Below, one piece after another: positions 38,679 to 50,140 of a DNA stretch of 64,000 nucleotides; position 1 is the stretch's first letter, and each line of letters opens with the position of its first letter. Source of the DNA: Obrimoposthia wandeli (lineage: Eukaryota); assembly GCA_977020255.1 (NCBI GenBank), contig CDROCS010000506.1:2232001-2296000 (forward strand). The letters are read 5' to 3'. The notes under the pieces were generated by a model. That model saw only the letters and a program-made list of their open reading frames with translations, did not search any database and was not told the origin of the DNA. Position numbers and translations under genes: made by a program.

Positions 38679-40010
38679 TTATTTGGTGTCGTGCTGCTTA
38701 ATTGCGTTGCCACTAGGCTGGCTAATGTGTTGGTCAATATAATGCGTTAGCGTCTGCATTATTCTTCCTAACGCCCCTTTGTTTTTTTCCACGACTTGCT
38801 TTGCCTGATTCCCCATTGTCACTGCCATTTCGGGCTGTGATATCAATGTATTTATTTTATCCGCTAATTCCGATGCGTCATTGACGACCGCAACGCCATC
38901 ACAATCGAGTAATTGCGCGGTAACATCAGCAAAATTAAAGTAACTTGGACCTGTAATACAGGCTTTTGCAAGCGCAGCTGGTTCGAGTAAGTTATGCCCA
39001 CCGACCTTGTCACCAATTAAACTGCCCCCCATAAAGCAGATATCACTCGCAGCGAGTAATATTGGCATTTCACCCATGCTATCACCCAAGTAAATATCGC
39101 AATGGCTTAAGTCATTGGTTGGTTCGGTTTGGCTACGGCGCTGCGTATGTGGGAAGCTTTTTAAGCAGAGCGCCGCCACATCATCAAAACGTTCAGGATG
39201 GCGTGGTACCAATATTAATACTGCATCTGGATGTTGCTGTTTTACGTTCTCAAACGCAGCTAAGACAATCTCATCTTCACCTCTATGTGTACTTGCAGCG
39301 ATAACAACAGGGCGTTGCTGGCCAAGTTGTTGGCGTAGTACGAACCCGTTATTGATGATGGTGTCTGAAAATTGAATATCGAATTTTACCGTGCCAGTGA
39401 CAGACAGTTGGCTTTGATTTAACCCTAGACTGCTAAAACGGCGTTGGTCATCTTCATCTTGGCATAAAATATGAGTTATTTTTTGCAGCGGTGCGGAAAA
39501 TAGCGATTGGAAACGTTGATACTTTTGTTGTGACTTTGCTGATAAGCGCGCATTAACCACGATAGTCGGAATATTTTTATCTTCACAGATGGTGAGCATA
39601 TTTGGCCACAGCTCGGTTTCCATGATTAAACACAGCGCAGGTTGCATGCGATTGATAAATTGTTTCACTGCACACGGATAATCCGCAGGGAAGTATCTGT
39701 GCTCAATATTACCCGTTAAAGCTGCTACGCGTTCTGCACCTGTACTGGTTGTTGTGGTGATGAGTAACGGCTGTTCAGGATAGTGTTGTTGTAGTGCATT
39801 AATAATAGGCGTTGCTGCAATCACTTCTCCTACGGATACGGCATGGATCCAGATTGGTTGTTGAGATTGTTTTAATTCTGGCGCTACGCCAACGAACTCT
39901 TTCCAACGGTCACCAACAGGTGGTTTACCTTTTTTAGTTTTTAACAGCAGCGAAAATATCAACGGTGAAGTTGCATAAAGTAACGTGGTGTAAAGAGTTC
40001 GGCTGAGCAT
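38679..40010 (-). CDS. waaA: Kdo transferase
   Basis: IWIHAVSVGEV, METELWPN, NARLS..S, LVPRHPERF, GDSMGEM, GGHNLLEPAA. Confidence 0.97.
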   Translation of the reverse strand: MLSRTLYTTLLYATSPLIFSLLLKTKKGKPPVGDRWKEFVGVAPELKQSQQPIWIHAVSVGEVIAATPIINALQQHYPEQPLLITTTTSTGAERVAALTGNIEHRYFPADYPCAVKQFINRMQPALCLIMETELWPNMLTICEDKNIPTIVVNARLSAKSQQKYQRFQSLFSAPLQKITHILCQDEDDQRRFSSLGLNQSQLSVTGTVKFDIQFSDTIINNGFVLRQQLGQQRPVVIAASTHRGEDEIVLAAFENVKQQHPDAVLILVPRHPERFDDVAALCLKSFPHTQRRSQTEPTNDLSHCDIYLGDSMGEMPILLAASDICFMGGSLIGDKVGGHNLLEPAALAKACITGPSYFNFADVTAQLLDCDGVAVVNDASELADKINTLISQPEMAVTMGNQAKQVVEKNKGALGRIMQTLTHYIDQHISQPSGNAIKQHDTK

Positions 40011-40143
40011 TCAATATTCCCTTCGGTATCAATATAAGCAATGTGATAATATCATCATAAGCGAATGGTTCACTGTTGAATTGTTAAATTCGGTATTTTT
40101 TGTCGATAAAGTCGAGCGAAATTAAATTATATTAAGGTGTAGC

Positions 40144-40464
40144 ATGGATAGTTTTAAGCATATTTCAATTAACGAAGTTCAGCAATTAGTCACTAATAAC
40201 AGCGGTCTGAAAATTGTCGATATTCGCGATCCGCAGTCATTTAGCGATGCGCATATCGAAGATTCCTTGCATCTAACAGATTCGGTGTTAGGTAATTTTA
40301 TGCAAGAAACAGATTTTGACACGCCTGTGGTGGTAGTTTGTTACCATGGCCGTAGTAGCCAAGGTGCTGCGCAATATTTAGTTGAGCAGGGTTTTGAAGA
40401 CGTTTATAGCATGGATGGTGGGTTTGAAGCTTGGCGTCGAGAATGTGCATTTGTAGCAAAGTAG
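40144..40464 (+). CDS. glpE: Thiosulfate sulfurtransferase GlpE (single-domain rhodanese)
   Basis: VDIRDPQSF...HI, active loop [17 protein letters not shown]. Confidence 0.95.
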   Translation: MDSFKHISINEVQQLVTNNSGLKIVDIRDPQSFSDAHIEDSLHLTDSVLGNFMQETDFDTPVVVVCYHGRSSQGAAQYLVEQGFEDVYSMDGGFEAWRRECAFVAK

Positions 40465-40473
40465 GTAATCGTA

Positions 40474-41322
40474 ATGATCGAGATTGGTGTAATTAATAAT
40501 CCACGAATGGCGCAGGCTTTTGTCGATTATTTAGCGGTACAAAAAATTGATGCGAAAGTCGCACAGACAGATGACGGTTTTGCCATTTGTTTACCGGCAA
40601 TGACCCATGTTGAAGCGGCATCAGCAGAACTTGATTTGTTTTTGGCTGACCCTTATCAAGATAAATACCAAGCGGCATCGTGGGATGTGGCTGATACGCG
40701 TACTGCGAATTTCAGCTATGGCTCGGGTAATATGCTTAGCAATTTTTTGATGCATGCTGGTAAAGTCACGCTGGTTATTTTTGCCATGAGTGTCATGGTC
40801 TTTGTGGCCATGTACTTTAGCATGTTGACCCAAAATGAATTTATCTTTGCTGCACTGCATTTTCCGTATGATTTAAGTTTTAGTTCATTGAGTGAAGTTT
40901 GGCGTTTATTTACTCCAGCTATCATGCATTTTTCAGTGTTACACCTGGTGTTTAATTTATTATGGTGGTGGTACCTTGGTGGCTTGATTGAAAATAAAAT
41001 GGGCAGTAAGAAATTATTGTTATTATTTTTAGTTGCCGCGTTAATACCCAATATCGGCCAGTTTTTATTATCCGGGCCTAATTTTGGTGGTTTATCGGGT
41101 GTGGTTTATGCCTTAGTCGGTTATATTTGGTGGACTGGTTGGTTAGCGCCGGAACAAGGTGTTAGTTTACCTAAGCCTTATATTGGCTTTATGTTAGTTT
41201 GGTTGGTACTTGGCTTTTTCCCTATATTTGGCCTTAATGTAGCCAATGCCGCGCATGTACTTGGCTTATTTGTTGGTTGTGGCCAAGCGTTTGTAGACCA
41301 TAAATTTAAATCTTTTAACTAG
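40474..41322 (+). CDS. glpG: Rhomboid intramembrane serine protease
   Basis: [18 protein letters not shown]...[22 protein letters not shown]. Confidence 0.95.
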   Translation: MIEIGVINNPRMAQAFVDYLAVQKIDAKVAQTDDGFAICLPAMTHVEAASAELDLFLADPYQDKYQAASWDVADTRTANFSYGSGNMLSNFLMHAGKVTLVIFAMSVMVFVAMYFSMLTQNEFIFAALHFPYDLSFSSLSEVWRLFTPAIMHFSVLHLVFNLLWWWYLGGLIENKMGSKKLLLLFLVAALIPNIGQFLLSGPNFGGLSGVVYALVGYIWWTGWLAPEQGVSLPKPYIGFMLVWLVLGFFPIFGLNVANAAHVLGLFVGCGQAFVDHKFKSFN

Positions 41323-41339
41323 ATATTATCGAGAAAATA

Positions 41340-42761
41340 ATGGAAATCATTTTACCTGACTTTAACACTGCAAAAATATTAGTCGTTGGCGATGTCATGT
41401 TAGATCGTTATTGGACTGGCGATTCAAGCCGTATTTCTCCTGAAGCGCCAGTACCTATCGTTAAAGTCGGTAATGTTGAAGACCGTCCTGGTGGTGCAGC
41501 GAACGTTGCACTTAACCTTGCCGCTTTAGGTGCTAAAGCTAAACTGATTGGCTTAACGGGTAATGATGAAGCGGCACAGGCGTTATCTGGAAAAATGAAT
41601 GCGGTTGATGTGACCTGTGATTTCTTGCAGTTAGATAATTATCCTACGATCACCAAATTACGTGTATTAAGCCGTGGTCAGCAAGTCATTCGTTTAGATT
41701 TTGAAGAGTCTGTTGCGGCTGTTGATACACAACCGCTTGTTGCTAAAACGATTGCGAACTTAGCTGATTACTCGGTGATGATCGTGTCGGATTATAACAA
41801 AGGTGCTTTGGTTGAAGTGCAAAAAATGATCCAAGCGGCCAAGCAACAAGGCGTTAAAGTCTTTGTTGATCCGAAAGGTTGTGATTTTGAAAAATACCGT
41901 GGTGCGACATTATTAACGCCGAATCTATCGGAATTTGAAGCGGTTGTTGGTCATTGTAAAAATGAGCAAGATCTCGTTGAAAAAGGGCGTAAGCTCATTG
42001 CAGAGCATGATTTTGAAGCATTATTAGTTACCCGTAGTGAAAAGGGCATGACGTTGATTCGCGCCGACGAAGATGAATTCCATCTGCCTGCACTAGCGCA
42101 AGAAGTGTATGACGTAACCGGTGCTGGTGATACTGTTATATCGGTATTAGCGGCGGCCGTTTCTGCGGGTTCATCATTAGAACAGGCTTGCGCCCTCGCG
42201 AATGCGGGTGCCAGTGTTGTTGTTGCTAAAATTGGTACGTCGACGGTTAGCCCGCTTGAATTAGCTAATTCAGTATATGGCTCGCACGAAAGTGGCTTTG
42301 GGGTATTATCTGAAGAACAGCTGAAGATAGCAGTTAAGTCAGCGCAATTACGTGGTGAAGACATTGTCATGACTAATGGCTGTTTTGATATTCTGCATGC
42401 TGGTCATGTGTCTTATTTAAATTCAGCACGTAAGTTAGGCCAGCGTTTAATTGTAGCGGTTAATTCTGATGCTTCTGTCCGCGCTTTGAAAGGCTCTAGT
42501 CGTCCAATTAATACTTGTGATCGCCGTATGACGGTATTGGCTGCATTAGGTGCGGTTGATTGGGTTGTTGAATTTACTGAAGACACACCTGAACGTTTAA
42601 TTGCTAAGTTATTACCTGATGTATTGGTAAAAGGTGGTGATTATAAAGTTGAAGAGATTGCTGGCCATAAACAAGTGTTAGCAAATGGCGGTAAGGTCAA
42701 TATTCTCCAATTTGAAGATGGTTGCTCTACGACGGCTATTATTAATGCGATAAAGAGTTAA
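41340..42761 (+). CDS. hldE: Bifunctional heptose-7-P kinase / heptose-1-P adenylyltransferase
   Basis: GDVMLDRYW...[35 protein letters not shown]. Confidence 0.97.
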   Translation: MEIILPDFNTAKILVVGDVMLDRYWTGDSSRISPEAPVPIVKVGNVEDRPGGAANVALNLAALGAKAKLIGLTGNDEAAQALSGKMNAVDVTCDFLQLDNYPTITKLRVLSRGQQVIRLDFEESVAAVDTQPLVAKTIANLADYSVMIVSDYNKGALVEVQKMIQAAKQQGVKVFVDPKGCDFEKYRGATLLTPNLSEFEAVVGHCKNEQDLVEKGRKLIAEHDFEALLVTRSEKGMTLIRADEDEFHLPALAQEVYDVTGAGDTVISVLAAAVSAGSSLEQACALANAGASVVVAKIGTSTVSPLELANSVYGSHESGFGVLSEEQLKIAVKSAQLRGEDIVMTNGCFDILHAGHVSYLNSARKLGQRLIVAVNSDASVRALKGSSRPINTCDRRMTVLAALGAVDWVVEFTEDTPERLIAKLLPDVLVKGGDYKVEEIAGHKQVLANGGKVNILQFEDGCSTTAIINAIKS

Positions 42762-42814
42762 TGCGATAAAAAGTTAGCGCAATAAAAAGTTAACATGATA
42801 AAAAATAATGCGAC
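42743..42814 (+). repeat. Degenerate 16-bp tandem repeat (TAATGCGATAAAAAGT x ~4.5) spanning the hldE stop
   Basis: Units start at 42743, 42759, 42775, 42791 and 42806. Confidence 0.75.
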
Positions 42815-42843
42815 GCTTATTTTGTTGGTGAGCTAGAAGAACG

Positions 42844-42875
42844 AAGGAGTAGGCTAAATAGCTTACTCCTTTTTT
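42844..42875. terminator. Bidirectional terminator hldE/fliL
   Basis: AAGGAGTAGGC-taaata-GCTTACTCCTTTTTT. Confidence 0.8.
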
Positions 42876-42876
42876 A

Positions 42877-43278
42877 TTACATTAATAAATATTTGGTAAA
42901 TAAAAGGTTTTCAATAACACCTTCACCGCTTTCTTGTTTCAGTAGGCTATTCACTTCATTTTGGATCAGCTTTCTAACTTCCTCTCGCCCTGTTAATGAG
43001 CGTAAATGCTGTGGTGATTGCTGGCCTAATAATGAGATGATTTTATCTCTGATTAATGGCTCATGTTTTTCAATCACCTCTAGGCTCTTTTTATCTGCCA
43101 ACATGAATTCTACAGAGACGCTGATAAAGCCAATTTTGTTGGTTTCACTGACATAGTTAGTAATAATGTCAGGTTCTAAGCCGAAATAAATATACACGGG
43201 CTTATCACCATTTGCTGATACGGCGGTAGGTGCAAGTGATGCAGTGATCATACATAGTAGCCAGAATAGCTTTTTCAT
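42877..43278 (-). CDS. fliL: Stand-alone flagellar basal-body-associated FliL-family protein
   Basis: N-terminal anchor/signal; H.PLIRD.II.LL.......L.S..GREE.R pattern; ..FTKY end. Confidence 0.85.
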   Translation of the reverse strand: MKKLFWLLCMITASLAPTAVSANGDKPVYIYFGLEPDIITNYVSETNKIGFISVSVEFMLADKKSLEVIEKHEPLIRDKIISLLGQQSPQHLRSLTGREEVRKLIQNEVNSLLKQESGEGVIENLLFTKYLLM

Positions 43279-43424
43279 TTACCGTATCCTTAGTTAAATG
43301 AGATGGAAAATGGCAGTGTTGTCGCTAGTATACTCATTTTCAAATGATTAATTAAATAAATCCGAGCACAACTTGTGTCCCGACTTACAATCTTAGCCTG
43401 AATAGCAGATAATTATGCCTGATT

Positions 43425-44048
43425 TTGTTGTTAGAAAAAGTAATTTATAATATGTCAGATAATATAAATAATAAGCAGATGAGCGAATCAAGATCTCCTC
43501 ATTACCCGATTGGTTGTGATGCTAACTGGCTATGGCCAACTATATTGGCAGATAATTTGTCTGCTAGCCTTTTTGATTGGTTGGTTGATACTGGCTCGTT
43601 AACGGCAAGGTTGAAGCAGTATTGTCAGACCTTTACTGTGGAAATATTAATTGAAGGCAATTATCCATTATCCGATGATGAAAAAACAAAATTAAACTTA
43701 ACCGAAAATATTGGTTTTGTACGTGAGGTATTATTAAAACTAGACGGTATACCTTGGGTATTTGCGCGCAGTGTTATGCCCCTTAATGCCTTAACTGCTC
43801 CGGGTGGCGAACTGGAAAAATTGGGTGAACGTTCATTGGGCACTGTGTTATTTAGTGCGCCGGATATGCAGCGTAGTGAAATTGAAATCGCAGAGTTTGA
43901 TGCTCACAGCAGTGTATATGAATTAGCGAGTCAACTTACCTCAATACCGACAATGTCGTTATTTGGTCGTCGTTCATGCTTTTTATTAGCGGGTAAATCA
44001 TTATTGGTATCTGAAGTTTTTTTGCCTGACGCACTGGCATATAAATAA
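43425..44048 (+). CDS. ubiC: Chorismate lyase
   Basis: [17 protein letters not shown]......WVFARS..P, LG..LF, GRRS.F......LLVSEVFLP. Confidence 0.93.
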   Translation: MLLEKVIYNMSDNINNKQMSESRSPHYPIGCDANWLWPTILADNLSASLFDWLVDTGSLTARLKQYCQTFTVEILIEGNYPLSDDEKTKLNLTENIGFVREVLLKLDGIPWVFARSVMPLNALTAPGGELEKLGERSLGTVLFSAPDMQRSEIEIAEFDAHSSVYELASQLTSIPTMSLFGRRSCFLLAGKSLLVSEVFLPDALAYK

Positions 44049-44064
44049 TAAGGACGTAAACGAC

Positions 44065-44925
44065 ATGTCGTTAATGACAGAAAAAGTAAAAGATTATATA
44101 CAGCTTACTCGTACGGATAAACCAATCGGCACCTTGCTATTATTGTGGCCGACATTATGGGCGCTGTGGATTGCAGCTGAAGGATTACCAAAACTAGATG
44201 TACTGTTGGTATTTACACTGGGTGTTATCTTAATGCGTGCCGCTGGCTGTGTGATTAATGATTTTGCTGACCGACATGTTGATGGTCATGTAAAACGCAC
44301 TGAAAATAGACCGATGGCTGCTGGACGTATATCAAGTCGCGCTGCCTTAACCTTTTTCTTTGCGTTGACCTTGTTAGCTTTCTTGCTTGTTCTCACCATG
44401 AATACATTAACGATCATGCTATCGTTTGTGGCCGTTGGCCTTGCTGCATGTTATCCATTTATGAAGCGTTATACTCATCTACCGCAGGTTGTACTTGGTA
44501 TGGCATTTGGTTGGGCTATTCCAATGGGTTTTGCGGCACAGCTTGATACCGTTCCGAGTTATGCCTGGTTATTATTTGTCGCTAATATTTTATGGACAGT
44601 GGCTTATGACACGTTATATGCCATGGTTGATCGCGATGACGACTTAAAAATTGGTATTAAATCTAGCGCTATTTTGTTTGCTGAAAAAGATAAACTGATT
44701 GTGGGGCTGTTACAACTATCCTCGTTATTATGTCTTGGTGTCTTAGGTTGGTTACTTGCCTTGCCAAGCGTGTATTTTATGGGGCTGACTATCGTGGCGG
44801 GATTATTTGTCTACCAACAAACCTTAATTGTTGAACGCGATAGAGCGTCTTGTTTTAAAGCTTTTTTACATAATAACTATGTGGGTATGGTTATTTTTGT
44901 AAGCTTGGTTTTAAGCTATTTATAA
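44065..44925 (+). CDS. ubiA: 4-hydroxybenzoate octaprenyltransferase
   Basis: [50 protein letters not shown]. Confidence 0.97.
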   Translation: MSLMTEKVKDYIQLTRTDKPIGTLLLLWPTLWALWIAAEGLPKLDVLLVFTLGVILMRAAGCVINDFADRHVDGHVKRTENRPMAAGRISSRAALTFFFALTLLAFLLVLTMNTLTIMLSFVAVGLAACYPFMKRYTHLPQVVLGMAFGWAIPMGFAAQLDTVPSYAWLLFVANILWTVAYDTLYAMVDRDDDLKIGIKSSAILFAEKDKLIVGLLQLSSLLCLGVLGWLLALPSVYFMGLTIVAGLFVYQQTLIVERDRASCFKAFLHNNYVGMVIFVSLVLSYL

Positions 44926-44975
44926 GTAAATTATTAAGTCATTTATAGCTAAATAATTAAGATAATAGACAGATG

Positions 44976-45001
44976 AAAAAAGGAGCCGAGGCTCCTTTTT
45001 T
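44976..45001. terminator. Bidirectional terminator ubiA/plsB
   Basis: AAAAAAGGAGC-cgag-GCTCCTTTTTT. Confidence 0.85.
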
Positions 45002-45079
45002 GTTATCTTCTTTTTCATCATCAATATCAAATACTAAGCCGTTACTGATTATATAAATCAAAGGGCTTTGGCATTAATG

Positions 45080-47527
45080 CTAGCCGTTGTTAGATTGCTG
45101 ACTGAGCATTACATCTGAGATTGTTTGTTTGACTTCTAACGTTGTTAAGCTTCTAACTGTGTTAGCTAGTAGGCTAATTTTGTCTGCTTTAGCGGTACCT
45201 GTATCGGATAAGTAATGCAGTTCTTGTAGCTTATCAATAAAGATAGTCAGTACTTTCTTATCAAAGAACTCCGGTGCACTCACACCATTGAGTGACGATA
45301 GACGTTCGGCAATCAACTGACTGCGATCTTCAAGCTGAGACCTTTCAATTACTTGGTCATGCTCTAATACTGTTAGTACGATTGCATAGCGCTGTAATGT
45401 TTCTTGGATGCTGGCAGCAAGTAGCTTCAATGACATGAGGCGTTCATTCACCGGAGTGATGACATCATTGTTATTGTTAATAATGCCTTGCTCTTGCATT
45501 TCAGTTAACGTGTTAGTTATGCAATCACTTAACTCATCTTCAGAATACTTCAAGAATAGTTCTGCTTGAATTAACGGGTAAAGTTGGCGTACTTTAGCGT
45601 TAATATCTTCGACTGTTGTTGTCGGTGTTTCTGCTACGATAGCTGCAATTAAAGACGGCAATGCAAACAGGTGTAAAATATTATTACGGTAGAAAGTTAA
45701 TAGTACAGCTTGCTCGTATGACATTGATAGCATTTGCCCTAAGCTATCTTCACGTACAGTGAATTTTTTCAGTGATATTGCTTGATCTAGAATTTCTTCT
45801 GCGCTGTTTTCTGGCAAGGTACTAAATTCACTATAAGGGTTATTGCGTAATAATTTTAGGTAGCTATCAATTTGCTGTACTAAAATTTCTCGGCTTAATG
45901 CCTTATGTGGTGCTGCGTGTAAAATGAGTGCACAGATCGTTAATGAGTTCACTGCGGCTGCACTGTTGATATTTACCATTACTTTATTAGCAAGATCGCG
46001 AGTGGTTTGCTGTAACCATTCTGGCTGTTCTTCAACCGGCATATTCATGTCATCACGCCAGTTTTCAACGTGTTTATTTAAATATTGGTTAAGGTTGATT
46101 GGCTCACCAAAGTTAACGAATGCTTGGCCGTAATTTTTTAGTTTTTTAGCGATTCCAAATACTTGAAATACACTTTCTTTTTTCTTATTGGCACCTGATA
46201 ATTCTTTTACATAGGTGCTAACTTCCATAACATGATCGTAACCTAGGTATACTGGCACTAAGGTGATTGGTCTGTTTTGCTCTCTTAACATCGCCTGTAG
46301 CGTCATGTTAAGCATGCCCGTTTTAGGAGGTAATAAACGTCCTGTACGGCTACGGCCACCTTCGGTAAAGAATTCAACCGAATAACCTTTCGAGAATAAT
46401 AAACTTAAATACTCTCTAAAAATGGTCGCGTAAAGTTTGTTACCTTTGAATGTACGGCGCAAGAAGAATGCACCACCACGACGGAACATAGGTCCAGCAG
46501 GGAAGAAATTAAGATTAATACCTGCAGCAATGTGCGGTGGGATCAAACCTTCATTATAAATAACATAAGAAATAAGTAAGTAATCCATGTGGCTACGATG
46601 GCAGGGCATGAAGACAATTTCATGACCATCGGCTGCAAGTTTACGCACTTGTTCGGCATTATTTACTTTAATACCGCTGTATATTTTATTCCATAACCAG
46701 CTCATGAAATTACTGGTATTTTTGACTAGTTTGTACGAGAAGTCACTGGCAATTTCATCGATATAATCGTTAGCGCGTTTTTCAGCTTTTTGTGCTGAAA
46801 TATTATGTTCAGCTATTTCAACTTGAATCGCTTTTTTAACTTCTGGATTACGTAATAGTTGTTCGAACAATTGGTAACGATTTGGCAGTTTAGGCCCTGA
46901 CGCAGCTAATTTTTGACGACTAAAATGGATCTTGGCAACGCGAATTAATTTTTGTGCGAGTTTCTCGTCGCTGCCATGTTGGTCGGCCATGAAACGCAGT
47001 GATACAGGGTTATTGAAACGTACTAAGTTGTCTTTACGATTCAGTGCAACAATTAAGGTTTTACGTAAACGGCTTGGCGAAATACTGTTAGCTAATGATA
47101 GTAGTGGTACTTGGCCTTCTTTCCCTGGTGCTCGCCCCCAAAATAAAGCCACTGGCATCAATTGAATATCGAGAACTTTATCATCTTTATGTAAGCGTAA
47201 TAGTTGCTGGAATTCATCAAAAAATGCGTCGGTATTTTTGGTCTTGCCAAACAGTGGAGCTGGATTATCTAAGCAAACGTGGCTCGGAATAATCACACCG
47301 TTAACTTTGATCGGGGTGAGCGGATCGGGTAAGCCTAGTTCTTTACAGGCACGTTGTAATGCGACGAGATCCGTCATCGATTTAGTTTTTAAAGCGTAAA
47401 CAATAGGACGCGTTAAATCTAACTTTAACGCATCAACCGGATTATCTGGTACGTACTGAGATTTAACTAAGCCGTTAACGAAACTTCGACTTAACATTGA
47501 TGGTGTTTGTTGCATAAGTGTTGTCAT
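45080..47527 (-). CDS. plsB: Glycerol-3-phosphate O-acyltransferase
   Basis: PCHRSHMDYLL (HxxxxD), FFTEGGRSRTGRLL; divergent from lexA. Confidence 0.97.
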   Translation of the reverse strand: MTTLMQQTPSMLSRSFVNGLVKSQYVPDNPVDALKLDLTRPIVYALKTKSMTDLVALQRACKELGLPDPLTPIKVNGVIIPSHVCLDNPAPLFGKTKNTDAFFDEFQQLLRLHKDDKVLDIQLMPVALFWGRAPGKEGQVPLLSLANSISPSRLRKTLIVALNRKDNLVRFNNPVSLRFMADQHGSDEKLAQKLIRVAKIHFSRQKLAASGPKLPNRYQLFEQLLRNPEVKKAIQVEIAEHNISAQKAEKRANDYIDEIASDFSYKLVKNTSNFMSWLWNKIYSGIKVNNAEQVRKLAADGHEIVFMPCHRSHMDYLLISYVIYNEGLIPPHIAAGINLNFFPAGPMFRRGGAFFLRRTFKGNKLYATIFREYLSLLFSKGYSVEFFTEGGRSRTGRLLPPKTGMLNMTLQAMLREQNRPITLVPVYLGYDHVMEVSTYVKELSGANKKKESVFQVFGIAKKLKNYGQAFVNFGEPINLNQYLNKHVENWRDDMNMPVEEQPEWLQQTTRDLANKVMVNINSAAAVNSLTICALILHAAPHKALSREILVQQIDSYLKLLRNNPYSEFSTLPENSAEEILDQAISLKKFTVREDSLGQMLSMSYEQAVLLTFYRNNILHLFALPSLIAAIVAETPTTTVEDINAKVRQLYPLIQAELFLKYSEDELSDCITNTLTEMQEQGIINNNNDVITPVNERLMSLKLLAASIQETLQRYAIVLTVLEHDQVIERSQLEDRSQLIAERLSSLNGVSAPEFFDKKVLTIFIDKLQELHYLSDTGTAKADKISLLANTVRSLTTLEVKQTISDVMLSQQSNNG

Positions 47528-47664
47528 TCTGTTGTCTGAAATGCGAGAGTGCTTGCTCCAATAATATCAGATGCGTGCCTATAAATCTGTGTTTAAGCGT
47601 CTGTAAGCGATTAATTCATTATTATTCTGATATCCCCACTGCTTATATTGCAAACTTGATATTA

Positions 47665-47700
47665 CTGTATATAATTACAAGAAACTGTATATAAAACCAG
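47665..47700. promoter_or_regulatory. Two tandem SOS boxes upstream of lexA
   Basis: CTGT-ATATAATT-ACAA (47665-47680) and CTGT-ATATAAAA-CCAG (47685-47700). Confidence 0.85.
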
Positions 47701-47709
47701 TTAAGGTTC

Positions 47710-48336
47710 ATGATGAAAGCATTGACACAAAGACAAGCAGAAGTATTTGAATTAGTTAAGCAACATATTAAAAATACCGGTATGCCACCAACCCGAGCTG
47801 AAATTGCGAAGGAACTTGGTTTTCGTTCACCGAATGCGGCTGAAGAGCATTTAAAAGCATTGGCACGAAAAGGTCATATTGAAATTTTAGCGGGCACGTC
47901 ACGTGGTATCCGTCTGTTGGTTAATGCCGAAGAAGCCAGTAATGAAAGTGGTTTACCCTTAATCGGCCAAGTTGCCGCTGGTGAGCCTATTTTAGCGCAA
48001 GAGCATATTGAAGCGCACTATAATGTCGATCCATCGATGTTTACCCCAAATGCAGATTTTTTATTGCGTGTGCGTGGTGAGAGTATGCGTAATATTGGTA
48101 TTATGGATGGCGATTTATTAGCGGTACATAAAACTAAAAACATCAGTAAAGGACAAGTTGTTGTTGCTCGTGTCGACGATGAAGTGACGGTAAAGCGCTT
48201 TGAACAGCAAGGTAGCGAAATACTGTTGCACCCTGAAAATGATGAGATGAGCACAATACGTGTTGATTTAAACTTCCAAAGCTTTGATATTGAAGGCGTG
48301 GCTGTGGGTATTATTCGTAATACTGATTGGATGTAA
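47710..48336 (+). CDS. lexA: SOS repressor LexA
   Basis: [30 protein letters not shown] cleavage site, GESM, VTVKR. Confidence 0.98.
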   Translation: MMKALTQRQAEVFELVKQHIKNTGMPPTRAEIAKELGFRSPNAAEEHLKALARKGHIEILAGTSRGIRLLVNAEEASNESGLPLIGQVAAGEPILAQEHIEAHYNVDPSMFTPNADFLLRVRGESMRNIGIMDGDLLAVHKTKNISKGQVVVARVDDEVTVKRFEQQGSEILLHPENDEMSTIRVDLNFQSFDIEGVAVGIIRNTDWM

Positions 48337-48368
48337 TAACCTTCAATTTATCCCGTGCTCTTCGAGGG

Positions 48369-48408
48369 TAGATAGTTAATGATCCCATTATTGACTATCT
48401 ATCTTTTT
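48369..48408 (+). terminator. Hairpin/terminator after lexA
   Basis: TAGATAGTTAAT-loop-ATTATTGACTATCTA followed by TCTTTTT. Confidence 0.6.
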
Positions 48409-48585
48409 ATTCTAACCTCCTTACCATTTTACAGTAACTTATCGGAAAGCATTTCAAATCCTGTTCTCAGATCACCGCACTCCCTATAGCCTGCTTATTT
48501 ATAAAATCTTTTCCTATACCAACACGAGTTATAAAAATAATTAATTGATTTTCTGATACGTGTGCGTAAATAGAAGGGTAAATTT

Positions 48586-48642
48586 ATGACGGTAGTAAAA
48601 GCATTCGGGTTCGACACTGATTTTAATTACGTATCAATGTGA
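48586..48642 (+). CDS. Candidate 18-aa small ORF MTVVKAFGFDTDFNYVSM in the lexA-dinF spacer
   Basis: Preceded by TTGATT-16-TAAATA (48545-48572) and an AAGGG SD; followed by a hairpin at 48705-48729. Confidence 0.25.
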   Translation: MTVVKAFGFDTDFNYVSM

Positions 48643-48808
48643 GCGATTAAAGCAGTCATCACAGTAAGGGTAAATCAGGCCATTAGCACGGGCTCGATGG
48701 AGGAAGGATAAATTGTTTTGATTTATCCTAGCGAATACTTTTTTTCATAATTGAAGTTAGATAGACTCGGGCATCTTTTGCTCCCTTCTATAAAGTTGAA
48801 CATAGTCT

Positions 48809-50140
48809 ATGTGGTTATCTATTCCCACTTCGGTACATCGAAATATCCTCGCGTTGGCGTTGCCAATGATCTTATCAAACATCAGTATTCCACTATTGGG
48901 ACTGGTTGATAGCATAGTGATCGGCCATCTTGAGGATGCTTGGTATCTCGGTGGTGTAGCGCTTGGTTCTGCCGTGGTCATGTTCATTGTGTCTATGTGT
49001 AATTTCCTACGCATGTCGACGACAGGGTTAACGGCTCAAGCACTTGGTAAGCAAGATAGTGGCGTTATCTTGATGACGCTCATGCATGCTTTGTTAATCG
49101 CTTTGGCTTTATCTTTACTATTGTTATTCGGTAAAAACTATATCGTTGAGCTGGCCTTGATGCTGACGGACGCGAGTGACAATGTGCAGCAAAATGCACA
49201 AGCCTACCTATCTATACGCATGTGGGGTATACCAGCTGCGTTATTTAATTTTGCGATATTAGGTTGGTTGATTGGCCTGCAAAATATGAAAGCGCCGATG
49301 CTATTACTGATTATCGCCAATGTATTTAATATTGTCTTGGATATTCTGTTCGTTGTGTATTTCGAGTGGGGTGTTGAGGGCGCCGCTGCCGCTTCTGTTA
49401 TTGCCGAGTATGCGGCGTTACTATTTGGCTTATTGTTAGTATTAAAGCAATTGAATAAATTATCATTACCTAGCAGATCGGAGATTATTCAGCGCCTATT
49501 TGAGAGCAGTAAGTTACTGGGTCTATTATCATTAAACCGCGATATATTTATTCGTTCGCTGTGCTTACAGCTTACATTTGCATTTATGACTTTTAAAGGT
49601 GCGAGCCTAGGAGATGAGTATATTGCCGCAAATGCAGTATTACTTAATTTCTTGATGTTTATTTCTTTTGCTCTTGATGGCGTAGCTTATGCGGTTGAGG
49701 CCATGGTTGGTAAAGCGATTGGTGCAAAAGATAGGCTTGGCTATCGCCAATCTATTTTTGCTTCGTTGATCTGGGCGGGTGTTTTTTCCTTAGTGTTTTC
49801 AGCTGTGTTTTTTATGTTCGGCGAGGAAATGGTGCGGATGATCACAGATATTGATACCGTTAACACTATTGCTGTTGAGTATTTACCATGGTTAATGCTA
49901 TTACCATTTACTGCTGTGTGGTGTTTTGTATTTGATGGGGTATTTATTGGTGCAACACGTGCCAAAGATATGCGTAACAGTATGTTGTTCTGTGTTATTT
50001 GTATCTTTCTACCTACGTATATTATTAGCAGCGGCTTAGGTAATCATGCTTTATGGCTAGCGATGAATACTTTCATGCTGGCTCGTGGTCTATCTTTAGC
50101 TTGGTTGTTATGGCCTTCTTTGCAAGGGACGTCGGCGTAA
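48809..50140 (+). CDS. dinF: MATE efflux transporter DinF
   Basis: LA.PMILSNISIPLLGLVDS.VIGHL, FLRMSTTG..AQA.G, DGVFIGAT; downstream of lexA. Confidence 0.93.
   Translation: MWLSIPTSVHRNILALALPMILSNISIPLLGLVDSIVIGHLEDAWYLGGVALGSAVVMFIVSMCNFLRMSTTGLTAQALGKQDSGVILMTLMHALLIALALSLLLLFGKNYIVELALMLTDASDNVQQNAQAYLSIRMWGIPAALFNFAILGWLIGLQNMKAPMLLLIIANVFNIVLDILFVVYFEWGVEGAAAASVIAEYAALLFGLLLVLKQLNKLSLPSRSEIIQRLFESSKLLGLLSLNRDIFIRSLCLQLTFAFMTFKGASLGDEYIAANAVLLNFLMFISFALDGVAYAVEAMVGKAIGAKDRLGYRQSIFASLIWAGVFSLVFSAVFFMFGEEMVRMITDIDTVNTIAVEYLPWLMLLPFTAVWCFVFDGVFIGATRAKDMRNSMLFCVICIFLPTYIISSGLGNHALWLAMNTFMLARGLSLAWLLWPSLQGTSA

Noticed and set aside
42743-42814. Possible CRISPR mini-array
   Set aside because: Units are 16 bp, contiguous and spacer-less; no cas genes in the window.
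42877-43278. Stand-alone fliL as a novelty
   Set aside because: As I recall, a lone fliL paralog next to ubiC is common in marine gammaproteobacteria.
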